Below, piece after piece: positions 19,159 through 29,303 of a stretch of DNA of 64,000 nt. The DNA is from an uncultured Candidatus Saccharibacteria bacterium (GTDB lineage: Bacteria > Patescibacteriota > Doudnabacteria > UBA920). The translations under genes and the position numbers were made by a program. Numbering within the stretch: the stretch's first letter is position 1; each line of letters opens with the position of its first letter. The DNA lies in NCBI GenBank assembly GCA_964532425.1, contig CAZHIA010000007.1, forward strand, positions 64,008 through 128,007, in the 5' to 3' direction. Under the pieces are notes generated by a model. It did not search any database. It worked only from the letters and a program-made list of their open reading frames with translations, and was not told where the DNA came from.

Positions 19159-21843
19159 ATGCAATCCAAAGTCAACCTCCAAACCCGGGACACAAATGCC
19201 TTGTCAGAACTGGGCGAAAAGATCTTTTTAGACCGTTATGCAGTAAAAGACGTTAAGCGCGAAACTCTTGCCGTGGGCGACACGGTGGTGGTTTTGGTCA
19301 ACCCAAAAACCGGACAGCGGGAGATCGGTACCATCGAATCGATTAACCAGGAAACTCGTGAGGTCCAGGTGCGCATGCGTGACGGCCAACTGGAGTCGCG
19401 TGTCATCGAACACGTGGATAAGCCGCTCGAGCTGGTTCCCGAGCAGATGTTTGACCGGATTGCCAAACATATTGCTTCCGTGGAGCGCACCCAGGAAAAA
19501 CAGAAGGAATGGGAAGAGAAGTTCCGATCCCTGATGGATGACTGGAAGTACGTGCCGGCCGGCCGCATTTTTACCGGCGCTGGCACCGGACAGAACCTGA
19601 CCTTTTATAATTGCTACGTCATCCCGTCTCCTAAGGACAGCCGCCATGGCATCTTTGACACGCTTGGCCAGATGGCCGAGATCATGTCCCGCGGCGGTGG
19701 CGTGGGTATTCCGCTGTCTTCGCTGCGCCCGCGCTATGCATACGTTAAAGGCGTGAATGGCAGATCTTCCGGATCGGTCTCGTGGGGCAGCCTCTACAGT
19801 TTTGTTACCGGCCTCATTGAACAGGGAGGCAGCCGGCGCGGCGCGCTCATGTTGATCCTTGAAGTGTGGCACCCGGATGTCATTGATTTCATCAATTCCA
19901 AAAAAGAAGCCGGCAAGATCACCAACGCTAATATCTCCGTGGGTATTACCGACGACTTCATGCAGGCGGTCAAGAATGACCAGCCGTGGGATCTAGTCTT
20001 CCCGGACACTTCGGACCCGCTCTATCAGGACCATTGGGACGGCAATATGCGCAAGTGGAAAGAAATGGGCGGCAAGGTTATTAAGCACAAGACCGTACGT
20101 GCGGCTGACATTTGGCGCAATATTATCGAGTCGGCCTGGTCGTCTGCCGAGCCGGGCATGTACTTCGTGGACCGTGCCAACTATTATTCCAACTCGTGGT
20201 ATTACTCGCCGCTGATGTGCACAAACCCCTGCGGGGAGCAGCCGTTGCCGGCCTGGGGCGTATGTAATTTGGGTCATGTCAATCTTTCCAAATTTGTCAG
20301 CAAGGATACCAAGGAAGTCAAATGGAATGATTTGAAGCAGGCGGTCCAATACGCCGTACGCTTCCAGGACAATGTCATCGATGCTACCCCATACTTCTTT
20401 GAGGAGAATCGCAAGCAGCAATTGAGCGAGCGTCGCGTGGGTATGGGCACTGTCGGTTTGGCTGAAATGCTCGTTCACTTGGAACTCCGCTACGGCAGCC
20501 CTGAGGCCGTACAATTTATCGATAAGTTGTACCAGTTCATTGCACTGACCGCTTACGAGACCTCTGTCGAACTGGCGCGTGAGAAGGGTGCGTTTGCCCG
20601 CTTTGATTCGGAAAAATTCTTGCAGTCCGGCTATATGAAGCAGATGCCTGAGTACATTCGCGACTTGGTCGCCAAGTACGGCATCCGCAATGTGACCATT
20701 ATGACCCAGGCGCCGACCGGCACCGTGGGAACCATGGTCGGGACTTCCACCGGCATCGAGCCGTTCTTCTCCTGGACCTATTTCAGAAAGAGCCGCCTCG
20801 GCGTGCACGAGGAAAAGATCAAGCTGGCCCAGGACTGGCTCGAGAAGCATCCGGGACAGGAATTGCCGAATCACTTCGTGACCGCAATGGAGCTTACCCC
20901 GGAAGAACACGTGCGCATGCAGGCCGCAGTGCAGAAGTGGACCGACGCTGCCATTAGCAAGACCGTTAATGCCCCGTCGAATTACACTGTCGAAGAGACC
21001 GAGAAATTGTACGAGCTGCTGTATGATTCCGGTTGCAAGGGCGGCACTATTTATCGTGACGGCAGCCGCGACGAACAAATTTTGGCTACTGACCACAAAA
21101 AGCTCGGCAAGGATGCCGCTGACCAGGTGGAAGCGAAGAAAAACTCTCCCAACCCCTCTTTAGAAAAGAGGGGAGAGACTGCAGACAATCGCGTGCAAGA
21201 GGTTATGTCCGTTTCCGGCGATAACATTCAGATGAAGATTGCCCCGCGCCAGCGGCCGAACGCCATGCATGGCATGACCTATAAGATGCCGACCGCGTAT
21301 GGCAGCCTCTACATTACGGTCAATGAGGATGAGCATGGACCGTTTGAGGTCTTTGCGACCATGGGCAAGGCCGGCGGATTCTTCTCCGCCCAGACCGAAG
21401 CCATTACGCGATTGATCTCTACTGCACTGCGTTCCAATATTGCCATTGAAGAAATTATCGACCAGCTCAAAGGCATCCGCGGGCCGGATGTGACCTTCTC
21501 TGAAGACGGCATGATCTATTCTTTGCCGGACGCCATTGCCAAGGTTTTGGAAAAGCACATCAAGCGCCACCAGCAGGAACTGAACTTGCCGATCACGGAA
21601 TCCAAGCAGCAGATGCAGCTGGAAGTGCCGAAGCCACAGGCCGAAGTTGTGCAGGAAAAAGTCGTGGAGACCATCTCCGAAGAGAAGATCCAAACCAACG
21701 GCCATATGACCTACAAGAAAACGCAGAAGGTTTCCATTGCCAACTTAGGCAACGCGCCAGTCTGTAACTCCTGCGGCGCCATGCTCGTCTTTGCCGAAGG
21801 GTGCATGAAGTGCGAGAGCTGCGGGTATAGCAAGTGTGGATAG
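19159..21843 (+). CDS. nrdJ: Class II (adenosylcobalamin-dependent) ribonucleotide reductase
   Basis: NCYV, GGGVG, QGGSRRGA, TNPCGEQPL, CNLG, APTGT, GGTIYRDGSR, TSCPD-like domain, C-terminal CMKCESCGYSKCG; no intein seen. Confidence 0.95.
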   Translation: MQSKVNLQTRDTNALSELGEKIFLDRYAVKDVKRETLAVGDTVVVLVNPKTGQREIGTIESINQETREVQVRMRDGQLESRVIEHVDKPLELVPEQMFDRIAKHIASVERTQEKQKEWEEKFRSLMDDWKYVPAGRIFTGAGTGQNLTFYNCYVIPSPKDSRHGIFDTLGQMAEIMSRGGGVGIPLSSLRPRYAYVKGVNGRSSGSVSWGSLYSFVTGLIEQGGSRRGALMLILEVWHPDVIDFINSKKEAGKITNANISVGITDDFMQAVKNDQPWDLVFPDTSDPLYQDHWDGNMRKWKEMGGKVIKHKTVRAADIWRNIIESAWSSAEPGMYFVDRANYYSNSWYYSPLMCTNPCGEQPLPAWGVCNLGHVNLSKFVSKDTKEVKWNDLKQAVQYAVRFQDNVIDATPYFFEENRKQQLSERRVGMGTVGLAEMLVHLELRYGSPEAVQFIDKLYQFIALTAYETSVELAREKGAFARFDSEKFLQSGYMKQMPEYIRDLVAKYGIRNVTIMTQAPTGTVGTMVGTSTGIEPFFSWTYFRKSRLGVHEEKIKLAQDWLEKHPGQELPNHFVTAMELTPEEHVRMQAAVQKWTDAAISKTVNAPSNYTVEETEKLYELLYDSGCKGGTIYRDGSRDEQILATDHKKLGKDAADQVEAKKNSPNPSLEKRGETADNRVQEVMSVSGDNIQMKIAPRQRPNAMHGMTYKMPTAYGSLYITVNEDEHGPFEVFATMGKAGGFFSAQTEAITRLISTALRSNIAIEEIIDQLKGIRGPDVTFSEDGMIYSLPDAIAKVLEKHIKRHQQELNLPITESKQQMQLEVPKPQAEVVQEKVVETISEEKIQTNGHMTYKKTQKVSIANLGNAPVCNSCGAMLVFAEGCMKCESCGYSKCG

Positions 21844-21852
21844 TGTAAAATC

Positions 21853-21885
21853 GAGGCGGCGGATATTCCGCCGCCTCTTCTTATC
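21853..21885 (+). terminator. Terminator after nrdJ
   Basis: gaggcggcgga-tat-tccgccgcctc followed by a T-rich tract. Confidence 0.75.
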
Positions 21886-21930
21886 TTAATTATTTTATGT
21901 GTCCAGTTTCGGGTTATTTCATACTAGGTT

Positions 21931-22872
21931 ATGAATAAGAGTAAGAAAATGTACAAGGATAAAAATCCAGTAAATATACCACAAAAGGCTAACTGGTTTA
22001 AGTCGGTGGCTGCTTGGCTCTTTGTGAAAGTTGCTTGGGGGGCTATAGTGTCTGGTGCAGTTTTTGCATTTTTTTGGCTAAATGGGAATGTAAGTTTTTG
22101 TGATTTTAATCTAGGTTTTGTTTCAGGGAAAATTAGAACCACAAAAAATTCAGAAATCTGCGACTCTAACAAGACAATGCAGGCACAGCTAGTTTCTCAT
22201 GATCAAAAAAATCCAAACACTCCATCCGTAGCTGGTGCTCAAGTAATCAAATGTAATTTTAGAAGTGGTGGATGGATTGATAAGGATCGCTTTAAGACCT
22301 TAGATCAGGAAAAAGTTACTTTACGGTCACCTAGCAAAAAAGGGAATGAAGGTGCTGTTATGAAATATGAAACGAGAGTCTCGCCCCCCTTTGCTAACGC
22401 TATCTCGTTTTTGCCTCTTACTCCTGATAAAGGAAATTTAATCCATGGTTACGATCAAGTTTATAGAGCTATAATTGCCGAAAGTAACTACGCTACCTTT
22501 AGTCTCGAAAAAAATAAAAATTATGCAACTGCAAATCGGAATATCGAATGGGAAAAAGTGAAGGAGCTCGATAGCCAATCTTTCAGACCATTATTTAGAA
22601 ACCAGATAGTCCCCAATACAGAAATACTGTCAACCATGAAAGTGTTGCCAGAAGCAGATTCTAATTCTCTTAGAGTCGAGTTTGTTGTGTCATATTATCC
22701 AATTTCTGATTCAGATCACAGAACCACACAGACTTTTATCTACAAAATTGGTTTACCAATAAATCCTGAAAATTTGAATGAGAGGATTATGACAGGCCTT
22801 ATAAATCCAGTCTCAAAAAAAACCTCCGAAGTGGATGCTGAGTTTAAAAGCTGTGAAATTATGATTGAATAA
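21931..22872 (+). CDS. Hypothetical AT-rich membrane-anchored protein
   Basis: 313 aa, N-terminal TM segment, visibly lower GC than neighbours. Confidence 0.7.
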   Translation: MNKSKKMYKDKNPVNIPQKANWFKSVAAWLFVKVAWGAIVSGAVFAFFWLNGNVSFCDFNLGFVSGKIRTTKNSEICDSNKTMQAQLVSHDQKNPNTPSVAGAQVIKCNFRSGGWIDKDRFKTLDQEKVTLRSPSKKGNEGAVMKYETRVSPPFANAISFLPLTPDKGNLIHGYDQVYRAIIAESNYATFSLEKNKNYATANRNIEWEKVKELDSQSFRPLFRNQIVPNTEILSTMKVLPEADSNSLRVEFVVSYYPISDSDHRTTQTFIYKIGLPINPENLNERIMTGLINPVSKKTSEVDAEFKSCEIMIE

Positions 22873-22940
22873 GTAATAACCTCAAAGTAGTGTTTCCTCC
22901 ATGTTAATTTATGCAATAATTTTTTTTTTAATGTATTTAT

Positions 22941-23522
22941 ATGAAAACAATTTTGTATTTAGCCCAAAGCTTGAACGGGTTCATTGCTAAGGAGAATGGG
23001 GATACGGCGTGGGTGGGAAGCGAGGACAAGGAACGATTTAAGAACATGACCATGAAGGCCCGGAATGCGGTCATGGGAAGGAACACGTATGAGATTATGG
23101 AAGCCGAAGGCGATTTTCCGTTGGATGGCCGGCTCAACGTGGTCATGACGCGCAATCTGCAGCCATCGACTGAGAATGTCATGTTTACGGACAAGACCCC
23201 GGGAGAAGTTATTGATTTCATGAAGGAGCAGGGTTTTACCGAGACCATGGTTATTGGCGGTGGCCGCATTGCCAAGTCATTTTTGGAAGCCGGATTGATC
23301 GATGAACTTTATATATCCATCGAACCCATTCTGTTCGGCAAAGGTGTGCCGCTTATTGGCGGCGAGTTTGTTGAACAGGGCGAGTTGGAGGTAAATTTGG
23401 AGTTTTTGGATTTTATGCGGATCTCGGAAAACGAGTTGCAGTTACACTACCGCGTCGTGTCTCAGAAAGACATGGAGTCAGGCACGGGTAAAGAAATTGA
23501 AGAGTTTATGAATAAAGAATGA
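22941..23522 (+). CDS. Dihydrofolate reductase / RibD C-terminal family protein
   Basis: AQSLNGFIA, VMGRNTY, IGGG, LIDELYISIEPILFGKG. Confidence 0.88.
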   Translation: MKTILYLAQSLNGFIAKENGDTAWVGSEDKERFKNMTMKARNAVMGRNTYEIMEAEGDFPLDGRLNVVMTRNLQPSTENVMFTDKTPGEVIDFMKEQGFTETMVIGGGRIAKSFLEAGLIDELYISIEPILFGKGVPLIGGEFVEQGELEVNLEFLDFMRISENELQLHYRVVSQKDMESGTGKEIEEFMNKE

Positions 23523-23526
23523 AACC

Positions 23527-23814
23527 ATGAACTCTTACTTCGTATATATTTTGGCGAGCCAAAGGAATGGCACATTGTATATCGGAGTGACGAATAATCT
23601 GATTAAGCGCGTTTGGCAACATAAGAATAAAGTCGTTGATGGTTTTACAAAGAAATACGGAGTTGGCATATTGGTTTATTTCGAGGAGACGTCGGAGATC
23701 GAATCAGCGATTCAAAGAGAAAAGCAGTTGAAGAAATGGAATCGTGCTTGGAAGATTAGGCTCATTGAAGAAAAGAATCCGTTTTGGAAAGATCTTTACA
23801 ACGGACTTTTATAA
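23527..23814 (+). CDS. GIY-YIG nuclease family protein
   Basis: YFVYILAS..GTLYIGVTNNL.KRVWQH, AIQREKQLKKWNRAWK. Confidence 0.93.
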   Translation: MNSYFVYILASQRNGTLYIGVTNNLIKRVWQHKNKVVDGFTKKYGVGILVYFEETSEIESAIQREKQLKKWNRAWKIRLIEEKNPFWKDLYNGLL

Positions 23815-23821
23815 AGAGATG

Positions 23822-23898
23822 TGTCATCCTCGGGCCGAGTGCATCCGAGGTCCCGGGGATCCATATGCCTGGATTCCCGCCTCCGCGGGAATGACACA
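23822..23898. repeat. REP-like element next to GIY-YIG gene
   Basis: tgtcatcctcgg..ggggatcca ... tggattcccgcctccgcgggaatgaca. Confidence 0.8.
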
Positions 23899-24030
23899 GG
23901 GGAGAGCGAGAATGACAAGGGGAAAGTAGGAGTGACGCTAAAAATTATTAAGTACGTATAATGCTGGTGAGGTTAGAATTTTGACATAAAAAATACCGGA
24001 CCACTATTGTGGTCCGGTGGGGTACCGAAG

Positions 24031-24531
24031 CTATTCGGCTGATCGCTCAACGGGCGGTGGCTCGCTGGCTGTCGCCGGTTGGTCTCCATCCTTAATATAA
24101 TCGGCGAACTGCTGGAGCTTGCGAGTAAGTCCCTCGTTCTCGGCGCGCAACTTGGCGGCAGTGTCGTTAGCAGCTGCCTTTTCCTCGGAAAGCTTTCCGA
24201 GCACGCCTGCAAATCGCTCCGCGGCTTGCCTGTTGGCTTCAGCATGGGCCGCAGCCTGCTCTTCTATCTCTCGCTTGAGCTGTCGCAGGCCGAAGTCCTT
24301 CATACTCACTTTCAAGTCGGTCAGGGCCAGGCTCGTTTCGGCGGTGTCACGCTGCATTGTCAGTTCGGCGATCGCAGCCGCAACCTCAGTGTTGTGATCC
24401 ACTAGCGCCTGTTCGAGCAATTTAGCATGATGCCTCATTGCGTCGTCCATGTATGGATCCAGGACGTAGAACAAAGCCTTGAAAGAGCTGATGATCGCAG
24501 GGATCATCTGAGCGTTGTAATGGTGAGCCAT
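24031..24531 (-). CDS. Hypothetical coiled-coil protein
   Basis: SD CAGGAGG; Ala/Glu-rich heptads. Confidence 0.72.
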   Translation of the reverse strand: MAHHYNAQMIPAIISSFKALFYVLDPYMDDAMRHHAKLLEQALVDHNTEVAAAIAELTMQRDTAETSLALTDLKVSMKDFGLRQLKREIEEQAAAHAEANRQAAERFAGVLGKLSEEKAAANDTAAKLRAENEGLTRKLQQFADYIKDGDQPATASEPPPVERSAE

Positions 24532-24562
24532 TATTTCCTCCTGATGTTTTTTGACAGTTCGA

Positions 24563-24931
24563 CTACTGCGCCGGCTCCGTGCTTTCTTTTTCGGGTGGGG
24601 TCGGGATCTGGGTTTTGAGGGCCGCGTTCTCCCCGGTCAGCTGAAGGTTGGCAGCTTCCAGCTCCTTGATCTGATTCCGCAGTATTTGGATCTCCTGATT
24701 CCGGAGCGTTAACGAGTTGCTTTTGTCCTCGAGCGCGGTGGTAATCTTCTCGTACTCACGAGCGACGGCAGCGATCTCCTGTTCGGCAGACCCATAAGTG
24801 TCTATGAGCTGGTCTGCCAGGACGCTACCGAGAGCGAATCTCTCCGGCGGGATAGATTGTCTGAGTTCAAGAAAAAGCTTTCGGCACTCCTTACCCAGTA
24901 GGTCGAACATTCGAATGTTTATGCGAGTCAT
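24563..24931 (-). CDS. Hypothetical coiled-coil protein
   Basis: SD CAGGAGG before MTRINI; promoter TTGACA-17-TATAGT at 24968-24996 on minus strand. Confidence 0.72.
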   Translation of the reverse strand: MTRINIRMFDLLGKECRKLFLELRQSIPPERFALGSVLADQLIDTYGSAEQEIAAVAREYEKITTALEDKSNSLTLRNQEIQILRNQIKELEAANLQLTGENAALKTQIPTPPEKESTEPAQ

Positions 24932-24989
24932 ACTTCCTCCTGTCGTGTTTTGAAATTCGAACTCCAAACTATACTAAATTTTTAATAAT

Positions 24990-25616
24990 ATGTCAACCCT
25001 TCAGAGAAAACCAAAAAAAGATAAACCGGTCATAGCCAAAAAAGGTCTGGTCATCGCCTACATTGGCGACGGCAAGGGTAAGACCGGTGCGGCCATGGGA
25101 CTAGCCGTGCGCGCGGCCGGTAGCGGCATGGATGTCTGCATTTTGCAATTCGTAAAATCCAAAAAACCCGAAGGCCGGAATCTGCAACCCGGCGAATGGC
25201 CGCTCTCGAATGAAATCGTTTTTTTTGACGGCATCTCGGGCAGCGGCAAGATCGGCTGCATTGATACCGAGCAGTTAGGGGAGGGGTTCGTTGGAATCTT
25301 GGGCGACAAAAAAGACCGCGACGTACACATCCGCGAAGCCCTCAGAGGGTTGGAATCGGCCCGTCAACTGATATTGTCAGGTAAGTACCAACTGATTATT
25401 TTGGATGAAATTATCTCCGCCCTGGAGCTGAATTTGCTTACCGAGCAGGATATTGTCGAGCTGATCAAAATCAAGCCTGAGATGCTTCACCTCTGTATGA
25501 CCGGCCATAAAAAATTCAAAAAGATTATTGCAGCCTGCGACCTGGTCACGGAAATGAAGATGATCAAGCATCCGTACTACGAGGGAGTGCTGGCGCAGCG
25601 GGGAATAGACTATTAA
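24990..25616 (+). CDS. cobO: Cob(I)alamin adenosyltransferase (CobO/BtuR family)
   Basis: YIGDGKGKTGAAMGLA, QFVK, ILDEI, DLVTEM..IKHPY..G..AQRGIDY. Confidence 0.93.
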   Translation: MSTLQRKPKKDKPVIAKKGLVIAYIGDGKGKTGAAMGLAVRAAGSGMDVCILQFVKSKKPEGRNLQPGEWPLSNEIVFFDGISGSGKIGCIDTEQLGEGFVGILGDKKDRDVHIREALRGLESARQLILSGKYQLIILDEIISALELNLLTEQDIVELIKIKPEMLHLCMTGHKKFKKIIAACDLVTEMKMIKHPYYEGVLAQRGIDY

Positions 25617-25744
25617 AAATTGAACAAAATTGATCAAAATTAAATAAAATTGACAAAATTGCCACTGCATAGTTTCGTGGCGTCACTTGTCAAAATTATT
25701 TATCGACATTAGAATACAAGGGTAAATTAAAAAGAAAGAAGACA

Positions 25745-26110
25745 ATGGCTCAATCGAGAACAAAAATTTTCGTCTGGATTTTGGTGCTGGTGATCCTTGT
25801 TGGCGGGGGTATATATGCCTATCGCTATCAGAAGACCCACAGCAGCCAGCAACAGGGCAGCGGTATTTCATATAAAGGCCAGAATGGCAAGACGGCTTTG
25901 GACCTTCTTAAGTCCAATTATAAAGTTGAGACGCAGAGCTTTACCGGCGGCGAGTTCGTAAAGTCCATCAACGGCCAAACACCGGACAACAATCATTTTT
26001 GGGCGTTCTATGTCAACGGCCAAGAGGCTACCATTGGTGCTTCGCAGTACGTGACCAAAGACGGTGACACGGTTGAATGGAAGATGAAGCAGATAAATTC
26101 AAAACTGTAA
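25745..26110 (+). CDS. DUF4430-like membrane-anchored protein (transcobalamin C-terminal-like)
   Basis: N-terminal TM; TALDLL..FVKSING..FWAFYVNG..GASQY..KDGD.VEW. Confidence 0.82.
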   Translation: MAQSRTKIFVWILVLVILVGGGIYAYRYQKTHSSQQQGSGISYKGQNGKTALDLLKSNYKVETQSFTGGEFVKSINGQTPDNNHFWAFYVNGQEATIGASQYVTKDGDTVEWKMKQINSKL

Positions 26111-26158
26111 GCAGTGAATAGTGCCGAATGCATAGCGAATAGTAAATAGATAACTATA

Positions 26159-26671
26159 GTGATATATTTTATCATCATACTCGCAGTTGTCTCGAGGTTT
26201 GTCCCTCACCTGTCGAACGCGGCACCCATAACGGCGCTGGCGATTTTTGCCGCAGTCCACATGACAAAAAAGGAAGCGCTGGGTGTCACGCTGGTGGCGC
26301 GATTCGTTTCCGATATATTCTTAGGGTTCTTTGCCTGGCCTCTGATGGTGGCCGTGTATGCATCTCATGCGGCCGGGATAGGGTTAGGCTCGTGGATCAA
26401 AAATTCTAAGTCCGCGTCCAGACGCTGGATGAAGATTGGCGCTTCCGGCGTGGCTTCGTCGCTGCTCTTTTTTCTGGTCACGAATTTTGCTTTTCTCTAC
26501 AGCACCTATCCGCACACCTGGGCCGGCATTGTTGCCGCCTATACCAATGGCCTGCCGTTCCTGCGGGGAACCCTGGCAGGGGATGTTGGGTACACTGTAG
26601 CATTCTTTGGGTTATATGAACTGGCCGCAGTCTTAATGAAGCGCAGAAAAAAAGTTCTCATAACAGCATAA
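26159..26671 (+). CDS. DUF6580-like putative membrane transport protein
   Basis: SRFVPH..N.API.ALAIF, SD, SSLLFFLVTNF, YTNGLPFLRGTLAGD. Confidence 0.75.
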   Translation: MIYFIIILAVVSRFVPHLSNAAPITALAIFAAVHMTKKEALGVTLVARFVSDIFLGFFAWPLMVAVYASHAAGIGLGSWIKNSKSASRRWMKIGASGVASSLLFFLVTNFAFLYSTYPHTWAGIVAAYTNGLPFLRGTLAGDVGYTVAFFGLYELAAVLMKRRKKVLITA

Positions 26672-26793
26672 TATTCGGGATGATTGATGTTATTTGTTGA
26701 TCACCGCAGCAAGTCACAGGTCAATTGTCAGTTCTATATAAATTACCGCACCTGGAAATTCCAGGTGCGGTTTCGTTTTGTCTGAACTTCATC

Positions 26794-27204
26794 TCAGGCC
26801 GTAGCCCTTATTGCGAGCGGGTTGTGTTCGCTGACAATTTTAAGGCCGGCTTTTTTTATAGCCGTTCGGGCAAAGTCTCCGATCCAGTTATCGCAGCCAA
26901 GCATGGCAGCCCGGCCGAGGTCTACCTTGAGCGTGTGTATGCCCGAACCATTGCCGTTTTTGCAGCATAGAAGGCTGTGAAAGCCGTTGCACAATCCATG
27001 GTCGGATTTGACTCCCAACAACAGTTGGCTTCGCGTCATGACGCGCTTCCTGCATAGTCCTTCGTATTCGTAGCAGACCATGCTGGAAATTTCTGCTTCG
27101 GGCAGCTGAGGCATAGCCGACCGGAGCCTCTGCAGAATTAACTGTCCAGGAGCGTGACTGGCTTTACTGTCAGGTTTGAATTCAATCAAAAAGACGTGCT
27201 TCAT
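26794..27204 (-). CDS. Hypothetical protein
   Basis: SD CAGGAGG; promoter TTGACC-17-TACTCT on minus strand; shared terminator at 26745-26772. Confidence 0.7.
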   Translation of the reverse strand: MKHVFLIEFKPDSKASHAPGQLILQRLRSAMPQLPEAEISSMVCYEYEGLCRKRVMTRSQLLLGVKSDHGLCNGFHSLLCCKNGNGSGIHTLKVDLGRAAMLGCDNWIGDFARTAIKKAGLKIVSEHNPLAIRATA

Positions 27205-27482
27205 TCAGTATCCTCCTGAAACTCTTGGCTATCCCGAAGAGTACCGTATTCTGCCTGCCCGGTCAATGGTTATTTAAAAAAGCCTTTCAGCAACAAGTGA
27301 CCTGTAACACTAAACATTTACAAAGGGCAGGCCACGGGCCTGCACTACAGTCACAGATCAAAGGTTAATCATCAAATGTCTCTTGGAGTATTTGTTTAGG
27401 ATTTCGGATTTGAAATCGCGGGCGCCTGTCGGCGGCCCCTACACAGCAAAGTATGTCCATCGAAATGTGTTATGATATGGGC

Positions 27483-27707
27483 ATGAAGATTTCCATTACC
27501 GCCCATCCAAATAGCAAGAAACCGCGCATCGAGGGGGATAATCAAAACGGGTTGCACGTGTTTGTTAAAGAACCGCCTGTAGATGGCAAGGCCAACGAGG
27601 CCGTGCGGCGGGCACTGGCCGAATATTTTAAAGTTGCGCCTTCCTTGGTCACTTTGGTCCGTGGTGGGGGAGGGAAGAGGAAGGTGTTTGAAATTGATCA
27701 TGAGTGA
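27483..27707 (+). CDS. DUF167/YggU family protein
   Basis: VKEPPVDGKANEAV..LAEYFKV..S.V.LVRG. Confidence 0.9.
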   Translation: MKISITAHPNSKKPRIEGDNQNGLHVFVKEPPVDGKANEAVRRALAEYFKVAPSLVTLVRGGGGKRKVFEIDHE

Positions 27708-27782
27708 CATGATTGATCAGGATTGACAAGATTGTTAACCCAATTCATGTTCAATCATTTAAATCATTTAAGTCTTGTCACT

Positions 27783-29303
27783 GTGCCCTTGTCCAAATCC
27801 AAAATTTTCATCTTCATCTGCATTTCTTTCAGTGCCGGCATCGGCATTGCTTCGGTTATTACTATCGATCGGTTCATACTCTTTGCCTGGCTGGCCGCAG
27901 CGTGTACAATATTTGCCGTATGTTTTGGTCGCCACCGGAAGACAGCGCTGCTTGCGCTGTTTTTATTTTTTGCGGGTAGCGGAGCATGGCGGCTTTCAGC
28001 GGCTGTCGTGCAAAGCGAATATCAGGACCAGATCGGCTCTTCCGTGCAAATAGAAGGGTACATTGTTGCCGAGCCGGATGTGAGGCAGGATCGACAGTAT
28101 CTAGCGTTTCGTCCTGACGGCCACCGGCAGAACATCCAGCTGTTCATGCCGTTGTATGCGGAGTATGCATACGGCGACCGGGTGGTGGTCAAAGGCAAGC
28201 TCGCTGAGGCCAAGGTCTTCGAAGATTTTGACTATCGGGGGTACTTGCAGCGGTTTAATATTTTTGCGGTCATGAACCGCCCGCAGGTGCTCGTATTAAA
28301 ATCGGGGCAAGGCAATCCCGTTATCCAGGGCCTGCTGGCGGTCAAACATGCATTCGCCGCCAATGTGGCCCAAAAGTTCCGTGAACCGCATGGTAGCCTG
28401 CTGCTCGGTATACTTATTGGGGCCAAGAAGGCCATGCCGCAGCCGGTGCTCGATGATTTTGCCGCAACCGGGACTTCCCACATTGTTGCCGTGTCCGGTT
28501 ACAATATCAGCGTCATCGTCATGGCACTCGGATATTTGGCTTACGCAGTCGGCCGGCGCTGGAGCTTTGCGGCTGCCGCGGTGTTTATTATCGGTTTCGT
28601 AATCATCTCCGGAGCTTCCGCTTCGGTCGTGCGGGCTGCTGTTATGGGCAGCCTGTTAATGATTGCAATGGCCATTGGCAGGCAATATGCCGTGGGACCT
28701 GCCATGTTTGGGGCAGCCGCGTGCATGCTCTTCATCAATCCGAAAATTCTGTTTTATGATATCGGTTTTCAGTTATCGTTTGCCGCGACCATGGGCATTG
28801 TCTACTTTATGCCGCTGCTCGAGCGCCTCACGGAACACTGGCCGAAGCTGTGGACCGTCAAGAGTAATTTGCTGGTGACATTGTCGGCCACTGCTGCGAC
28901 GTTGCCGCTTTCGCTGGCTCACTTCGGCTTGTTGAGCATTGTCGCCCCGCTCGTGAATGTCCTGGTACTACCCATCGTGCCATATGCCATGCTGTATGGA
29001 TTTTTGTCGGCAGTGCCCATTGCCGGAACCGGATTCGCTTTTGTCACGAGTCTGGTATTGACCTACATATTGACGGTCATTACGTGGTTCGCCCGGTTGC
29101 CGTTCAGCCATGTCCAAATTGCCACGAGCGGATGGGTGGCAGCGCTGCTCTATGGCGTTTTAGTGTTAATATATTTTTCGCTGCGATGGATGGCGTTTAA
29201 GCGGGCGGTTAAAATGCAAGGATGTTCGCCGATCGCTGATAAAACGCTGACAGGTACGCCTGCCTGCTCGCCTCGCTTTCGCTCTGGCGAAGCGGGCCGG
29301 TAG
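27783..29303 (+). CDS. comEC: ComEC/Rec2 competence membrane protein (start approximate)
   Basis: FDYRGYL, GTSHIVAVSGYN, SASVVRA, DIGFQLSFAAT; last about 30 codons are repeat-derived. Confidence 0.92.
   Translation: MPLSKSKIFIFICISFSAGIGIASVITIDRFILFAWLAAACTIFAVCFGRHRKTALLALFLFFAGSGAWRLSAAVVQSEYQDQIGSSVQIEGYIVAEPDVRQDRQYLAFRPDGHRQNIQLFMPLYAEYAYGDRVVVKGKLAEAKVFEDFDYRGYLQRFNIFAVMNRPQVLVLKSGQGNPVIQGLLAVKHAFAANVAQKFREPHGSLLLGILIGAKKAMPQPVLDDFAATGTSHIVAVSGYNISVIVMALGYLAYAVGRRWSFAAAAVFIIGFVIISGASASVVRAAVMGSLLMIAMAIGRQYAVGPAMFGAAACMLFINPKILFYDIGFQLSFAATMGIVYFMPLLERLTEHWPKLWTVKSNLLVTLSATAATLPLSLAHFGLLSIVAPLVNVLVLPIVPYAMLYGFLSAVPIAGTGFAFVTSLVLTYILTVITWFARLPFSHVQIATSGWVAALLYGVLVLIYFSLRWMAFKRAVKMQGCSPIADKTLTGTPACSPRFRSGEAGR

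Noticed and set aside
25615-25670. GCCACTG before the DUF4430 gene as part of a cobalamin riboswitch
   Set aside because: The surrounding sequence is an aaaattga tandem repeat (similar at 53528-53567) with no other B12-element features
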